64,000 nucleotides of DNA, taken from assembly GCA_030390025.1 (NCBI GenBank), contig CM059432.1, forward strand, positions 92,754,001 through 92,818,000, in the 5' to 3' direction. Shown here in pieces: positions 26,009-39,006 of this stretch. Made by a program: the position numbers and the translations under genes. The stretch comes from Squalus acanthias. Lineage: Eukaryota. Each line of letters starts with the position of its first letter. The stretch's first letter is position 1. Under the pieces are notes generated by a model. It saw only the letters and a program-made list of their open reading frames with translations, did not search any database and was not told where the DNA came from.

Positions 26009-26637
26009 GTATATTGATAATTTTACAAGGATAACAAAAGCTTCTTTAATGGAAGAAGGATGCGCAAGACCAGGATCAGGACACAAAACAGTAAATTCCT
26101 GATGATTATGAGATTGGTAATTGGATGAGGGAAGTCACAATGAGTCTTGTGAACTCAGATCTAAGGTTGGTTTCTCTGATCCTTAGCACGGTTTTTGTAA
26201 GAAAAATTTATTTTAACTTTATTTTATTTGTACCTTGAAACCAAATTTGATCATAATCCAATTTGCTATATTATAAACAGCTTCTTAGTAGACTCAGATT
26301 CAACATGACCAATAATTATGGAGCAACAAATCAAATAGAATTCTGAAACATGTAGCAAAAGCAATAGAGTACAAGTTAGAGGAAGACATGCTTCAAATAT
26401 ACAGGGCCCTGTCAACTCTTTTTGAGTGTTTGAGTGCCTTTCCTTTATCTTCCTGTTGTAGTCTCTGACTACTTTCTTTTTTATCTCACCGACCTTATGT
26501 ATTTTTGCACCTGTTGTATAAAAGTTTTTGAACTCAGAATTTCTTTAATCTAATTTTTCTATATTTCTTGATGTCTCTCGCTCTCTTTCTCAGTCTCTTA
26601 AGCTCATCTCTCAATCTCCCTAGTTATTAAGATTGTT

Positions 26638-27020
26638 AGTATAGAACCATACAAACGACGATGAACAGGAACAGACCCTCTGGTCCATCCAGCTGTCCCA
26701 TACAAATGCGATGCCTTGTGCTTCACTATATATACACTCCCCATACCACCCGAAAGCCATGTAATCTCTTGTGAGAGGTGAAAACCCAGATACAAAACCA
26801 GGCTAATTAGGGGAAAAAATCTGGAGAATTCCTCTCTGCCTCATTAGGCAATCGAAACTAGTCCAGGAGACCACTCTGGCAATGATTAATGTCATACAGT
26901 ACCTATCGTTTGGACAAGGTGATCTCCGCCCAGTCAGAAACAGGTCCAGCTCTCGTTTGAAGAAATTCAGTGAATCTGCGTTCACCGCACAAGCTGATAG
27001 CCTGTTCCAGAGGTCCATAG
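26638..27020 (-). mobile_element. CR1-type 3' end
   Basis: LWNRL...AVNADSLNFFKRELDLFL on the minus strand followed by a 3' UTR and tail. Confidence 0.6.
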
Positions 27021-28174
27021 GAAATGAGGACAAAATTTAACAAGCTCCAGCAAGATTTAAGCTTGGAAGGATTGTTTTTCCAATGAGCATGTGGAATAGA
27101 TTCCCAGTTAAAGTACGTACTTTAACACCTTTAAGAAAGAGCTGGATAAACAACTGAATAAAATTGGAATCGAGCATTATGAGGATCAACTTAGGTACAG
27201 ATGATTAAGGATATATGGAACATGGTGGATCCAGAACTTTAATCATAAATATGTTATGCTAACAAAGGCAACAAATGAAGGATGTATAATGTAGGATGTA
27301 AGACATGTTTATTGGTTTATCTTTGGGAAACAGGAGAAAAAAACTTTGTCAAAGCTTTTTTCAGGAGATAAATAGCTTCTGCAAAGTCCTTAATGTGGTT
27401 GAATATATATGGTTTGTGGAAAAAACAGCCCTGACAAACTGAATGGCTTTTTCACATTCCATGCTTCTTATGTGTTTATCTCTTGTTATCAAGGAGTGTC
27501 TTTCTTGATTCCTGTTTTTCCTCAGCCATACTATGAGACTTCACCAAAGTTATCAACATCAGGGATACGTTAGAATCAGTAAGATGGGCATTGATCGCAA
27601 GTCCCTTTAAATGTGATGGTGTGTTTATTTTTAAGTGACATATACACATCAAAGTAGGTCAGATTTTTAAATCAAAATTGAGTGTTTGTCACTCAAAATG
27701 GGTGACACTTGAAAAGCCTGACTTTATTAATATTTCCACCAGCTGACAGCTGCACTGCTAGACTTCTTGAACATTTGACTTGCCCATATCACATCAGAAA
27801 ATCTGTTCAGTTCAGCATGCCAGTTCAATCTGTCTCATAGTTCCTGCCAGCAGTTCAAAACAACCTTAATTTCAGCCTTTTCAGTCAACCTGGAACCCTG
27901 ATGCAATAGTTGTCAAGTAAGTGTAGCATTCCTGATATTTCCAATGCACTTGCCAGTGGGCCAAAAATACATTATTGTGAAAAATCACTCCCTTGTCTAC
28001 TGTGGAAAGATCATGTTCTGTTTACATTGTACAAAATGCATTAGCATCGCTTTCGTTTTGTAGTGAGTCCAGGTGCTGGCAACAGAATTTTATTAATTCT
28101 CATATGGAAAATTGCCATAATAACTCGGCAGCACAATAATCTACAAATGTAGCATGCAGGAATAAAATTCTTAC

Positions 28175-28251
28175 TGTTGTATTTGGTTTGATGTCCCAAG
28201 TGTCCAAAAACACCAATGGCTCAGTAGATAAATGTTATATATGGTGTGGCC
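28175..28251 (-). CDS. Candidate internal coding exon (GHTIYNIYLLSHWCFWTLGTSNQIQ)
   Basis: Acceptor gttttatggctcAG, donor |GTaaga; only phase 0 is open, compatible with the 42132-42269 exon. Confidence 0.3.
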
Positions 28252-28293
28252 CTGAGCCATAAAACTCGAGGAAAGACCCATATTCGATTTCTT

Positions 28294-29117
28294 GGACTGG
28301 ATTTTGAAACTGGGTTCGGGAATCACACATTCTGGCTTGTGAACCCGCCTCCATCGAGATGTGGCCAACCCACTGTATTTTCCCTTGATTGACCTTGTTG
28401 AGCCCACCCAGTGGGCTCAGCAGGCCAATTAAGGGCCACCCGGCAACAGGTGACATCACAGACTGACATTTCATCTGTCAAGAGCTTTTGACAGATGAAA
28501 TATCAGCGTTTGACAGCTCTGTGAAGCTGTCAAACACTGACAATATGATTTCTAACTTCAGTCCTTCCTCTCAGGCTGAGTTAGAAATCATTCCAGCACA
28601 GAAAACAGAAGGCTGCAGTTTTTGACAGAACCACGGCTTTCCTGCTTTCTGTGCCGGTGAGATTTCTAACTGCCGAGAACTGAAGGGCTGACACCTGCAG
28701 GAGGAAGTTAAGGTAAGTAAAACTTTTTCCAACACTTAGCACTTACCTTACACACTTACCTCTGCACACATGCACCCATCACTCACCTGCCCACCGGACA
28801 TATCGACCCCTCCAACCCCTGCAGACCTACGGCCCGCCCCGATAACTTGGCGTGGTTGCCACCTGTCGGGAAGCCCACACTTTTCTTTTTAAAATAGGGA
28901 TTATGCAAAAAACTGCCTGTTAACTACCTGTTAACAGGCAGTTAATTGTCACTAATCCCTTCCCGCCTCGGGGAGTCGGGTCTCAGCACAGGTCGGGTAC
29001 CCGCCGCCAGAGAAACTGGCATGGAGGCGGGATGGGGTCGGGACCCCCGAATCTGCAACTTTAACCCCCGCCCCCCACCTCCAAACCCAACTCCACGGGT
29101 CATTGAAAATCCAGCCC
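28294..29117. mobile_element. Harbinger-type MITE (824 bp)
   Basis: TIRs ggactggatttt / aaaatccagccc (11 of 12 match); 3-bp TSD CTT at 28291-28293 and 29118-29120; no recognisable coding capacity. Confidence 0.8.
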
Positions 29118-29354
29118 CTTGTCTCTGCTTGGTTAGCCGACTATCACTGGGATGGGGGTTTGGAGAACGCAATACAATTGGTCCCAATGTACCTGGGAAT
29201 AGAAGGGGAAAAGATGGCCAGAGCTCCTAATTGCTATCCAGTGACCCATTTTGGAAATGTCCTTCTGTGGACAATAGATGAGGTCAAAATTGGCTCCACA
29301 ATCAACTAGTCTACTCATACTCACTGTTCACACTCATAGATGAAGGATCTTTAT

Positions 29355-32225
29355 TGGACCAAATACCAGTGGTACCACCACTGACCAAGCTGGCTGAGTC
29401 CTGAAGGACATAGCTGTCAGACTACCTTAGAATATGGAACAGCAGGCATACCTTAGAATAGGGAACACATCTAGTGAATAGACAGAACTAAGCAGTCCTA
29501 CAACCAACAGATCAGAGAAAACCTCTGTAATACTACCACATCCAGTCAAGAATGGTGAGAGAGAATCATGCAACTAACAAGAAGATTTCCATGATCAACC
29601 ATAGTGGAGCTCACCATGCGAGTGCAAGAGACAAGGCTGGAGTGTTTTCAGCCAAAAGTGCTGAAGGAGGAATTAAAGGAAATTAGTATTAGTAAAAAAA
29701 TAGTGCTGGAGAAATTAATGGGATTGAAAGCTGATAAATCCCCAGGGCCTGATAATCTGCATCCCAGAGTGCTAAAAGAGGTAGCCATGGAAATAGTGGA
29801 TGCATTGGTTGTCATCTTCCAAACTTCTATAGATTATGGAACAGTTCCGGCAGATTGGAGGGTGGCAAATGTAACCCCACTATTTAAAAAAGGAGGGAGA
29901 GCGAAAACCGGGAACTACAGACTGGTTAGCCTAACATCAGTAGTAGGGAAAATGCTAGAGTCTATTATAAAGGATGTGATAATAGGACACTTAGAAAATA
30001 TCAACGGGATTAGACAAAGTCAACATGGATTTATGAAAGGGAAATCGTGTTTGACAAACCTACTGGAGTTTTTTGAGGATGTAACTGGTAGAATAGATAA
30101 GGGAGAACCAGTGGATGTGGTGTATTTGGATTTTCAGAAGGCCTTTGATAAAGTCCCACATAAGAGGTTAGTGTGCAAAATTAAAGCACATGGGATTGGG
30201 GGTAATATACTGGCATGGATTGAAAATTGTTTAACAGACAGGAAACAGAGAGTAGGAATAAATGGGTCTTTTTCGGGGTGGCAGGCGGTGACTAGTGGGG
30301 TACCGCAGGGATCAGTGCTTGGGCCCCAGCTATTCACAATATATATCAATGATTTGGATGAGGGAACCAAATGTAATATTTCCAAGTTTGCTGACAACAC
30401 AAAACTAGGTGGGATTGTGAGTTGTGAGGAGAATGCAAAGAGGCTTCAAGGCGATTTAGACAAGTTGAGTGAGGGGGCAAATACATGGCAGATGCAGTAT
30501 AACGTGGATAAATGTGAAGTTATCAACTTCGGTAGGAAAAACAGAAAGGTAGAGTATTATTTAAATGGTGATAGATTGGAAAATGTTGATGTACAAAGGG
30601 ACCTGGGTGTCCTTGTACACCAGTCACTGAAAGCAAACATGCAGGTGCATCAAGCAGTTAGGAAGGCAAATGGTATGTTGGCCTTCATTGCAAGAGGATT
30701 TGAGTACAGGAGCAAGGATGTCTTACTACAGTTGTACAGGGCCTTGGTGAGACCACACCTGGAGTACTGTGTGCAGTTTTGGTCTCCTTACCTAAGAAAG
30801 GATATACTTGCCATAGAGGGGGTGCAGCGAAGGTTCACCAGACTGATTCCTGGGATGGCAGGACTGTCGTATAAAGAGAGATTGGGTCAACTAGGCCTGT
30901 ATTCACTAGAGTTTAGAAGAATGAGAGGGGATCTCATTGAAACGTATAAAATTCTGACTGGGCTAGACAGACTGGATGCAAGGAGGATGTTTCCCCTGGC
31001 TGGGGGGTCTAGAACGAGGGGTCACAGTCTCAGGATACGGGGTAGGACATTTAGGACTGAGATGAGGAGAAATTTCTTCACTCAGAGGGTGGTGAACCTG
31101 TGGAATTCTCTACCACAGAAGGCTGTGGAGGCCAAGTCACTGAATATATTTAAGAAGGAGATAGATAGATTTCTAGACACAAAGGCATCAAGGGGCAGAG
31201 AGCGGGAATATGGTATTGAGATAGATGATCAGCCATGATCATATCGAATGGCGGAGTAGGCTCGAAGGGCCGAATGGCCTACTCCTGCTTCTATTTTTCT
31301 ATGTTTCTATGTGCTGAGTGGATGATGCTACTGGGCCTCCTGCCAAGGTCCTCATCCTTATAGATGGCAATGTCCAGCCAATTCATTTCGCTACACATGA
31401 CATTAAAAAATGGCTGAGTGCACTGAACACATCAAAGGTTATGGGCCCTGACAACATCCCAGGTGTAGTACTGAAGAACTGTGCACCAGAGTTAGCTGCT
31501 CCCCTAGCCAAGCTGTTCCACTACAGCTAAGACACCAGCCTCTATCCTCCCAATCACCACCGACCGCTATCCACCCTTCCCAATCCCAATCACTGCTACC
31601 CTCCCTCGCAATCACCCCCTTTCCATTCGCCTCCCTTCCCAATTGCCCTCTCTCCCGATCTGCTGCCATTGCAGCAGCCCGATCTTCGAGTCCTCTTCTC
31701 CAGCGATGCCCATTAGATGTCCACAGCTCACCGGTTCAATGATAATGAAGCCCCCGGCCCAATAATATGTGCACCTCAAGCCTATCCTGTCAGGCGCAGG
31801 GATCATTCCAATTTTGGGCACGTTCTATAAACTTCAATAAATCTAACCTGACCAACTACTGCACTATCAGCCTCTTCCCAATCATCAGTAAAGTGATGGA
31901 AGGAGTCTTTTATAGTGCCATCAGGCAACACCTACTCAGGAATAACCTGATCACAGTTTGGTTTCCACCAGAACCACTCGGCTCATACCTGATCATAGCC
32001 TTTATCCAGACATGGACGCAAGAGCTGAATCCCAAGAGGTGAGAGTCATTGCCTTCAATATCAACGCGGCACTCCTCTGAGTACAGCACCAAGGAGCTCA
32101 AGCAAAACTGAGTTCAATGGGGGTCAAAGCGAAAACCCTTCAGTGACAGGAGTCATACCTGACGCAAAGGAATATGGTTGTGGCTTTCAGAGGCCAGTCA
32201 TCACAGCCCCAGGATATCACTGTGT
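29355..32225 (+). mobile_element. Degenerate family-B LINE, interrupted by a CR1 and by an unassigned insert at about 31535-31820
   Basis: MGPDNIPGVVLKNCAPELAAPLAKLF and NY..ISLFPIISKVME motifs; sequence continues across the gtgctga duplication. Confidence 0.75.
29665..31310 (+). mobile_element. Young 5'-truncated CR1 LINE with uninterrupted RT reading frame
   Basis: Most of ORF 29604-31238 (544 aa) with a complete RT motif set (catalytic FADD appears as FADN); 7-bp TSD gtgctga at 29658-29664 and 31311-31317; ctatgtttctat tail. Confidence 0.92.
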
Positions 32226-32431
32226 CAGCCACTTGTCCCCAGATATAATTTGGGTTCAGGCATACTGAATTAGACATGATTACACATATATGTATTCCAA
32301 AATCAATTTAATCTTTATTTATGTCAGTCTTCAAGCATAACAGCAAAGCAGCAACATTTCATAGCAATAAGAGGACATCACGCTACATTCCACTATAAGG
32401 CAACCATACTAATTCAGGACAAAATGATCAT

Positions 32432-34700
32432 AGGCCAGAATTTTTTTTTAATTTGTTTATGGGATGTGGGCGTCGCTGGCAAGGCCAGCATTTATTGCCC
32501 ATCCCGAATTGCCCTTGAAAAGATGGTGGTGAGCCACCTTCTTGAACTGCTGCAGTCTGTGTGGTGAAGGTACTCCCACAGTGCTGTTAGGGAGGGAGTT
32601 CCAGGATTTTGACCCAGCGACGATGAAGGATCGGCAATATACTTCTAATTCAGGATGGTGTGTGATGTCAGGATAACGGCAAGGCTAATGGTGCTCACCG
32701 TTATTTATGGGGAAATGGTACAGTAATTTCAAGCGAGGAGCAGATGTGTGGCTAAATGTGAATATCCAAAAGTAGCTGTCTGAGTTACGCCACTCACAGT
32801 TAGCTTCGCAAAAACGGCATCTCGCTCTTAGCCTCTGTTTTTTCAGGAACTTGATGTATTTGCCCATTAATTGCCCATTAAACTCATCACAGAAAGTTAA
32901 AAACCCTTTTACTGACGTGATAAGTGTTAATTACTGCCACTCAATCTCTCTGGCACCGAAAATTAACGATTACAAGTGTGGAGTCTCATTCCTTCAGGTT
33001 TTGAATTTTTTGGCGAGATTTTAAAAGGCCCTGGTATTAACTCGGAGGCGCGTTGGGAGCGGTGGCGGGGGGGGGGTCCAATATCGCGTGGGAAACACAG
33101 AAGTAAGTTCAGTGCATCTGTCTGTGTCATTTTAACGCAGCCACCTCATTATCATTTTACTTCTGGGTATGGCGTCGATTGTGCGGTAGCGAGCGTGGTG
33201 TGGACCCGCATGACGCGATCTGAACTTCAGTATGTAAAGGGTCAGTCCAAAGATGGACTTTGGAGGAGTTGGGAGGTTTGGCTCAGAGACAGCAATTTCA
33301 CAATGGACTCAGGATGCTCAAAGGCTGCGCCCGCTTTAATGACGCCTCACACGATGTACTGCTGGGGTCTATGAGGAGCTGGAGAGAGATACTCTTCCCC
33401 AGCAATGGGAGGAAGAAACCTGCTGCTGCCACAAAGAAAGCGTGACTGGAGGTGGTCCAGGAGGTCAGCAGCAGCAGCATAGTACCATGCTCCTGGATTC
33501 AGTGCAGGAAGTGCTTTAATGACCTAACCAGGTCAGGAAAGGTGAGTACAGTTGCACATTCATCTACATCCTGTTGTATGCATCACCCCACCCCCTCACT
33601 CTGCCTTGTCAAGTCTACTCCATCACATCACTACTCACACCCACTTACCTTGCAGGTGCACCGATAATTCACTTTCTATGCACTTCCTCACATTCCAATC
33701 TCTCCATCCATCACTGCCACTCACCCTCATCCTTATGCAATTTCATGCCTCTGATAGTCATCCTCACCAAAAGCACTGCATCCCTTGCCATTAAAGTCAC
33801 TCGTGTGTATGTTGTTTCCCTTGTTGCAGGAGGAGAGCACAGAACACTAGGGAGAGGGAGAGAACCAGTCTCCACACATCTCACAGCTGACAAATACAGA
33901 GGAGGAGGCGCTGGAGATCAGTGGCATTTCGGCGTCCCTGGCCATTGGAGATGGGGAGACAGTGGCCTCCCATCTACCTGGTAACACAATTAAATATCAA
34001 TGACTCACGTGTCATATAGCACTCAGTCATGTTGATTTGATTTCAACAGTGAGTGACATATGATTATCTTCATAATGATAAGTAGCAACATTTTTACCTT
34101 GCCAGTACTAATTCATATTTTTTCTCTCCGCTAGGACCTTCATGCGTGCAGCAGCAGTCGCTGGACCTCGTGGACGACAAATACTCCAAGGAACTGATTC
34201 CTTCTGAGGGTGCACCATCACAGGACCCATGCTTATCATGCACCGGCTCAGATACTCGCACTTCGGTGGGACCAGTTAGACAGATAGTTGGGTTTTCACC
34301 TGGCCACTCAAACTTCACAAGCGAGCAAAAGTAGATGGTGGTGACAGGGACAGCTGTGGAGGGTCTGCATCGGAGGGTGCAGCCCGCTCCAAGTTCTGCT
34401 CAACTGGACACAGATGCTGTACTGCGGGGGCTGTCGATGTAAAGGGTAATCATTGAGGAGCACCAGAAAATGTGCGATGTACTGACAGGCCTTCCAAGCT
34501 CACTGACCATGACTGCAGAGTGAATGGAGGAGTCCAGCTCAAGCATGAGTGGGTTGATGTCACAGGGCATTGCGATGATATCTTCTTGCATGAATAGAGA
34601 GGCCAGCTCTGTGCACCATGTAGGAGCGGTAGGAAAAGGAAGAGTAAAGCTTTGTAGTTGCACAAGGGTATGCACATGGGTTTGTGAGAAAATGTTATGT
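32432..34700 (+). mobile_element. Harbinger relic(s) with degenerate Myb/SANT-like gene; family-B LINE 3' end inserted at about 32445-32665
   Basis: TIR-like ggccagaattt at about 32433; exon 33303-33541 reads RFNDAS...ILFP...(W to stop)...WIQCRKCFNDLTRSGK|gtgagt; further acceptors at about 33830 and 34134. Confidence 0.75.
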
Positions 34701-35416
34701 TGTTAAGTTTCTGTTCTTTAGTAAAATCACATGTTCACTCAGGTCCTAGATGCCCTGTTCCCCTCGCTGCGCCATTATCAGTTCACACTTTCAGCAACTT
34801 TATGAGCAAGCATTTTTTGAGCTGAAGGGTGCATGGCAAGTCTAACTAATGGCAGACACCATTAGATGCCCTGCTACAGCAAATTGTGGCCCATTGTCTC
34901 TGGAAAGGGAGCCACACCAACCAAGGTTTCTTCTGTGGAGGATTCACTGTAGCGCAGCTCCTAGGTGCAGACCCTCTCCCTTTATACCATTCTACGTGAC
35001 AGCCAGCATGTCTTACTGGCCTCCACTCCCCTTTATTTTCCAGACTTTACTTGAACTTTATTACATTAGTCTGAACAGACAATGTTCTTTTGCTGAGGAT
35101 TCTGGTCTTCTTGCACCTTGCCCCAGTAAATGCTAGCTACCTCACCACCCAGTACATTCCACCTCTGTAAACAATTCAACCTTGGGAGTCTTCTGTTGAT
35201 TCCCAGTTCTTAAGACCTTTCTAATCCTCCCAACTTCAGCACAAATTATTGGTAGTACTACACTAGCAAACTTCACCATATCACTTCAGCTACATGAATC
35301 CTGTGGTTTCCCTAATTAATCTTTTCCATTCTAATCCATTACATTCAACCAGAGTTACTATCTAATAATTGCAGGAACTCCTCAGGGAATCGTCCTCAGC
35401 CCAATCATATTCAGCT

Positions 35417-35872
35417 AAAAAAAAGAAAAAAGGAAAGACTTGCATTTATATAGTGCCTTTCATGACCTCAAGACATCCCAAAATGCTTTACAGCCAATGA
35501 AGTACTTTTGAAGTGTAGTCACTGTTGTCATGTAGGAAACACAACAGCCAATTCACGCACAGAAAGCTCCCATAAACAGCAAAGTGATAATGTGATGTTG
35601 ATTGAGGGATAAATATTGGCCACGGCACCAGGGCTAACACCCCTGCTCTTCTTCGAAATATTGCCATGGGATCTTTTACATTCACCTGAGAGAGCAGGCA
35701 GGGCTTTGGTTTTACATCTCATCTGAAAGACAGCACCCTCCAACAGTGTATCACTTCCTCAGTACCTCACTGGAGTGTTAGCCTAGATTTTTTTGCTCAA
35801 GTCTCTGGAATGGGACTTGAACTCACAACCTTCTGACTCAGAGACGAGAGTGCTAACAACTGAGTCACAGCT
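35417..35872 (-). mobile_element. tRNA-derived Deu-domain-type SINE, full length
   Basis: Reverse-complement match to 25586-26008, including box A/B remnants and tail. Confidence 0.8.
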
Positions 35873-36781
35873 AACACCTGCTTCAGCAGCTTCATCAATG
35901 AACTTCCTTCTGTCATAAGATCAGGAGTGGAGCTTTTCACTGACAATTCTAAAATATTCATCTGCATTCACAACTCTTTCCATAATAAAACAGCCAAGCC
36001 CACGCAAGCCCCTAGTTTTTGGATTCTCCCACAAATGGAAACATTCTCTCCACATCTACCCTGTCAACCTATTCATAACTTTAAAGACCTCTGTCAGGTC
36101 TCCTCTTTGTCTCTTTTCTAAAGAAAAAGGCCCAACCTGTTCAATCTTACCCGATAGCTGTAATCTCTCAGTTCTGGTACCATCCTTGTAAATCTTTTTT
36201 GTACTTTCTCCAGTGCTTCTATGTCCTTTTTATAGTATGGAGACCTGAACTGTGCATAGTACTCTAAGTGCAGACTCACCAGGGTCCTATACAAGTTTAA
36301 CATAACTTCTCTACTTTTGAATTCTATACCCCTAGAAATAAATCCCAGTGCTTTGTTAGCATTTTTTATTGTTTTGCTGACCTGCAATGCTGCTTTAAAT
36401 GATTTGTTCACCTGTAGCCCTAGGGGTAGAAATTAGGTCGCGCCCCATTTGGGGCGCAAATATCGTCCGGACGCAAATATTAGCGCCTGGCGCTAATTAT
36501 TGGCACTGACAGGAAACTTCACTTTTACCGCCCCGGGAGGTGAGTGGAGCGCTAAAGCAGGCGCTGCACACCTGTCTTAAGGCGCAAAGGCCAAGGAGTG
36601 AGGCGCTAACTCAGCGCGCGAGCGCAGCGCAGCTGCTGCCAGTTAGCGAGGGAACACAGACACACTGGCGCCGGACACTTCTTAAAGCGGGGGGGGACCC
36701 CTTGCTCCCCAGCCACACCCTGCTCATTGCAGCCTTGAATCTCAGCCTGGAGAGACCTGTGAATCCATTTTGCTGCCAAGC

Positions 36782-38712
36782 ATGGAGAGGATGAGAGAAT
36801 GCGCTCATCGCTTCACCGAGCGGGCCTTGGATGCTCTGGTTGACGCAGTGGAGCGCAGACGATGTATGCTGTTCCCTGAGAGTGGCAGGAGGCCTTTGCC
36901 ACGCGAGTTCAGAAGAGTGTGGAGGGAGGTGGCTCAGAGCGTCTCCTCCAGGAGCATGGTGCCCAGGACCCATACTCAATGCCGCAAAAAGTTCAACGAC
37001 CTCACTCGGGTCGTCAGGGTGAGTGGCTTTTTCTCAATACCTCTCCATCCCTCCATCTCAACCTCACTCTATGGCCAGAGGGTCTTAAAACCCCAATGCA
37101 CAACACTCATCCAACACCTATGGCCCTTTCATCAAACACACACACACATTCCACACTTTGCATACAGTAAGGGCTATTCACCTATGGGAGGCACATCAGG
37201 CAAGACCATGGCTGCATACAGTAAGGGCTATTCACCTATGGGAGGCACATCAGGCAAGACCATGGCTGTATATTGTAAGGGCTATTCACCTATGGGAGGC
37301 ACATCAGGCAAGACCATGGCTGTATATTGTAAGGGCTATTCACCTATGGGAGGCACATCAGGCAAGACCATGGCTGTATATTTACTCAGATGCTGTCCTT
37401 TTTCTTGCAGGCTAAGCTGGCTCATAATAGGAGACAGCAGCAACGGACAGGTGGAGGGCGGCTTCAGCTGCAACCCCTCAGCGATCTGGAGGAGCGCGTC
37501 CACAGGATTGTGGCAAGCCGGGTGATCGGTCCCGTCGCCACTGGAGACGCCGACCCCGTTGTGGACAGCAATGGTAAGGTCATCACCTTTTTGTCCTCTG
37601 TCCTTCCACTTGTCCCTCACAACACCAGCCTTTGACACTTTCAATCCAACTTGCTAACTCGCTGCACTTATTCCTCCCTTACTGCCACCCTGTCCTCACG
37701 CTAAAGCCACTCTTGTACCTCCCTGCTTTCAGATGGTGATTCACCAGCTGAGGAGACGGGCCCTGAAGCTGCCACTGGGAGTGATGCTGCAGCCGAGGAG
37801 GAAGAGGAAGCCAGAGCATCAGTGCCACCCTCTCCCGAGGAAGCCCATGCCCACACTGGGAACACGCCTTCCCCGGAGGGGAGCAGGGGGGAAGGGGCTG
37901 ATGATGGTGAAGCTCCAGGACCCAGCGGGCTGCAGCAACGCCATGGTGGGGGTAGGGAAGAACGGGGGCCTTCTCCCCAGAGGGAGAGTATGCCAGACAC
38001 TCCTACTGCAATGGACGCAGAGGAGGAGCGGCTGATTGCAGAAATGAATACCCAGGCGGTGGGCATGCACACTGAGCTCATGGGTGCAGTGGGAAGGGTG
38101 CCCGAATGCATTGAGTCACTGGCAAGGAGTGTGGAGCACTTCGCTGTAGCACAGGCGGATGCCACACTAACGCTTAGTGCTGCAATTCAGTCACTGGCTG
38201 CCGTGATCCCACCTCTGACTGCTCTCATACAGACTCAGATGGAGGCCACGCGAGCACAGACTGCTGCCAACCTCGATGGTTCGTGCACATGTCCCCGGGG
38301 CTGTCACCGCGCCGCAGCAGGCCAGCAATCTGTTCTCCGGCAGATTGCTCCGGATGCTGAAGTGCTGCCCCGTGGGAGTGCCAGTGTGTCGGGCGAGCAG
38401 GGAGTTGCTGGCCTCTCTCACGATGACAGCATTCCTGCTGCCAACACTGTCACTTCTCCACTGCACTTGCCACCGCCTGTAGGACAGACTGCTGCCGCCC
38501 ATGCAGAGTTGGTGCAGTCTGCAGCCGGGCCCTCCAGGCCCAGAAGTGGTCGAGGCCGTCCTTCAGGGGCATCTGCAGTGTCAGGGTCTGACGAGCAGCA
38601 GCCTTCCACCAGCCTTGCTGCAGCCACTGAGGTCCCATTACGGAGGAGCAGTAGGGTTAGAAGGGGGGAAGTGTGCAAGGGAAGGAGATCACCCTCGAAG
38701 GGCAAAAAGTAG
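36782..38712 (+). CDS. Harbinger Myb/SANT-like DNA-binding protein; exons 36782-37018, 37411-37573, 37733-38712 (459 aa if spliced as predicted)
   Basis: RFTE..LDALV...LFP...W.EVA......PRT..QCRKKFNDL; GT-AG introns (gtgagt/ttgcag, gtaagg/tttcag) join in frame with no stop; KLAHNRR...RTGGG in exon 2. Confidence 0.85.
37160..37382 (+). repeat. 54-bp tandem repeat, about 4 copies, in intron 1 of the Myb-like gene
   Basis: gggctattcacctatgggaggcacatcaggcaagaccatggctg recurs at 37171, 37225, 37279 and 37333. Confidence 0.95.
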
Positions 38713-39006
38713 GAGATGTGACAAAATGCTGGTCATTTTTTTATTAAAGGCCGAGGTTCATGGTCCAACTTTTGTTTAGTGTTTTAGACATTATCTCCAG
38801 GTTGTGAGAACCAGTTATGTTATTGACTGTTTTTTTGTGTTTATTTCTATGAGTTTGTCATGAGGAATTGACACACACAGAGTTTGTAAAATAAATAAGT
38901 TTCTGTATTCAAAATATACATGGCTGGTGGTTGGAATTATTGGTGCCTTGGCCGGCTTAGGGGTTGCGTGCTGGGTTGATTAGTGTTTGTAGCAATGGCA
39001 GGGGCC

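Noticed and set aside
27526..27578. Plus-strand exon (strong acceptor, MRLHQSYQHQGYVRI, donor gtaaga)
   Set aside because: An isolated signal with no partner exon or recognisable product; too weak to list as a feature.
29604..29664. N-terminus of the 544-aa RT ORF
   Set aside because: It belongs to the flanking family-B LINE upstream of the TSD; a fortuitous in-frame fusion with a GTG start.
37160..37382. CRISPR-like appearance of the regular repeats
   Set aside because: Units are contiguous with no unique spacers, there are no cas genes, and the context is a eukaryotic intron.
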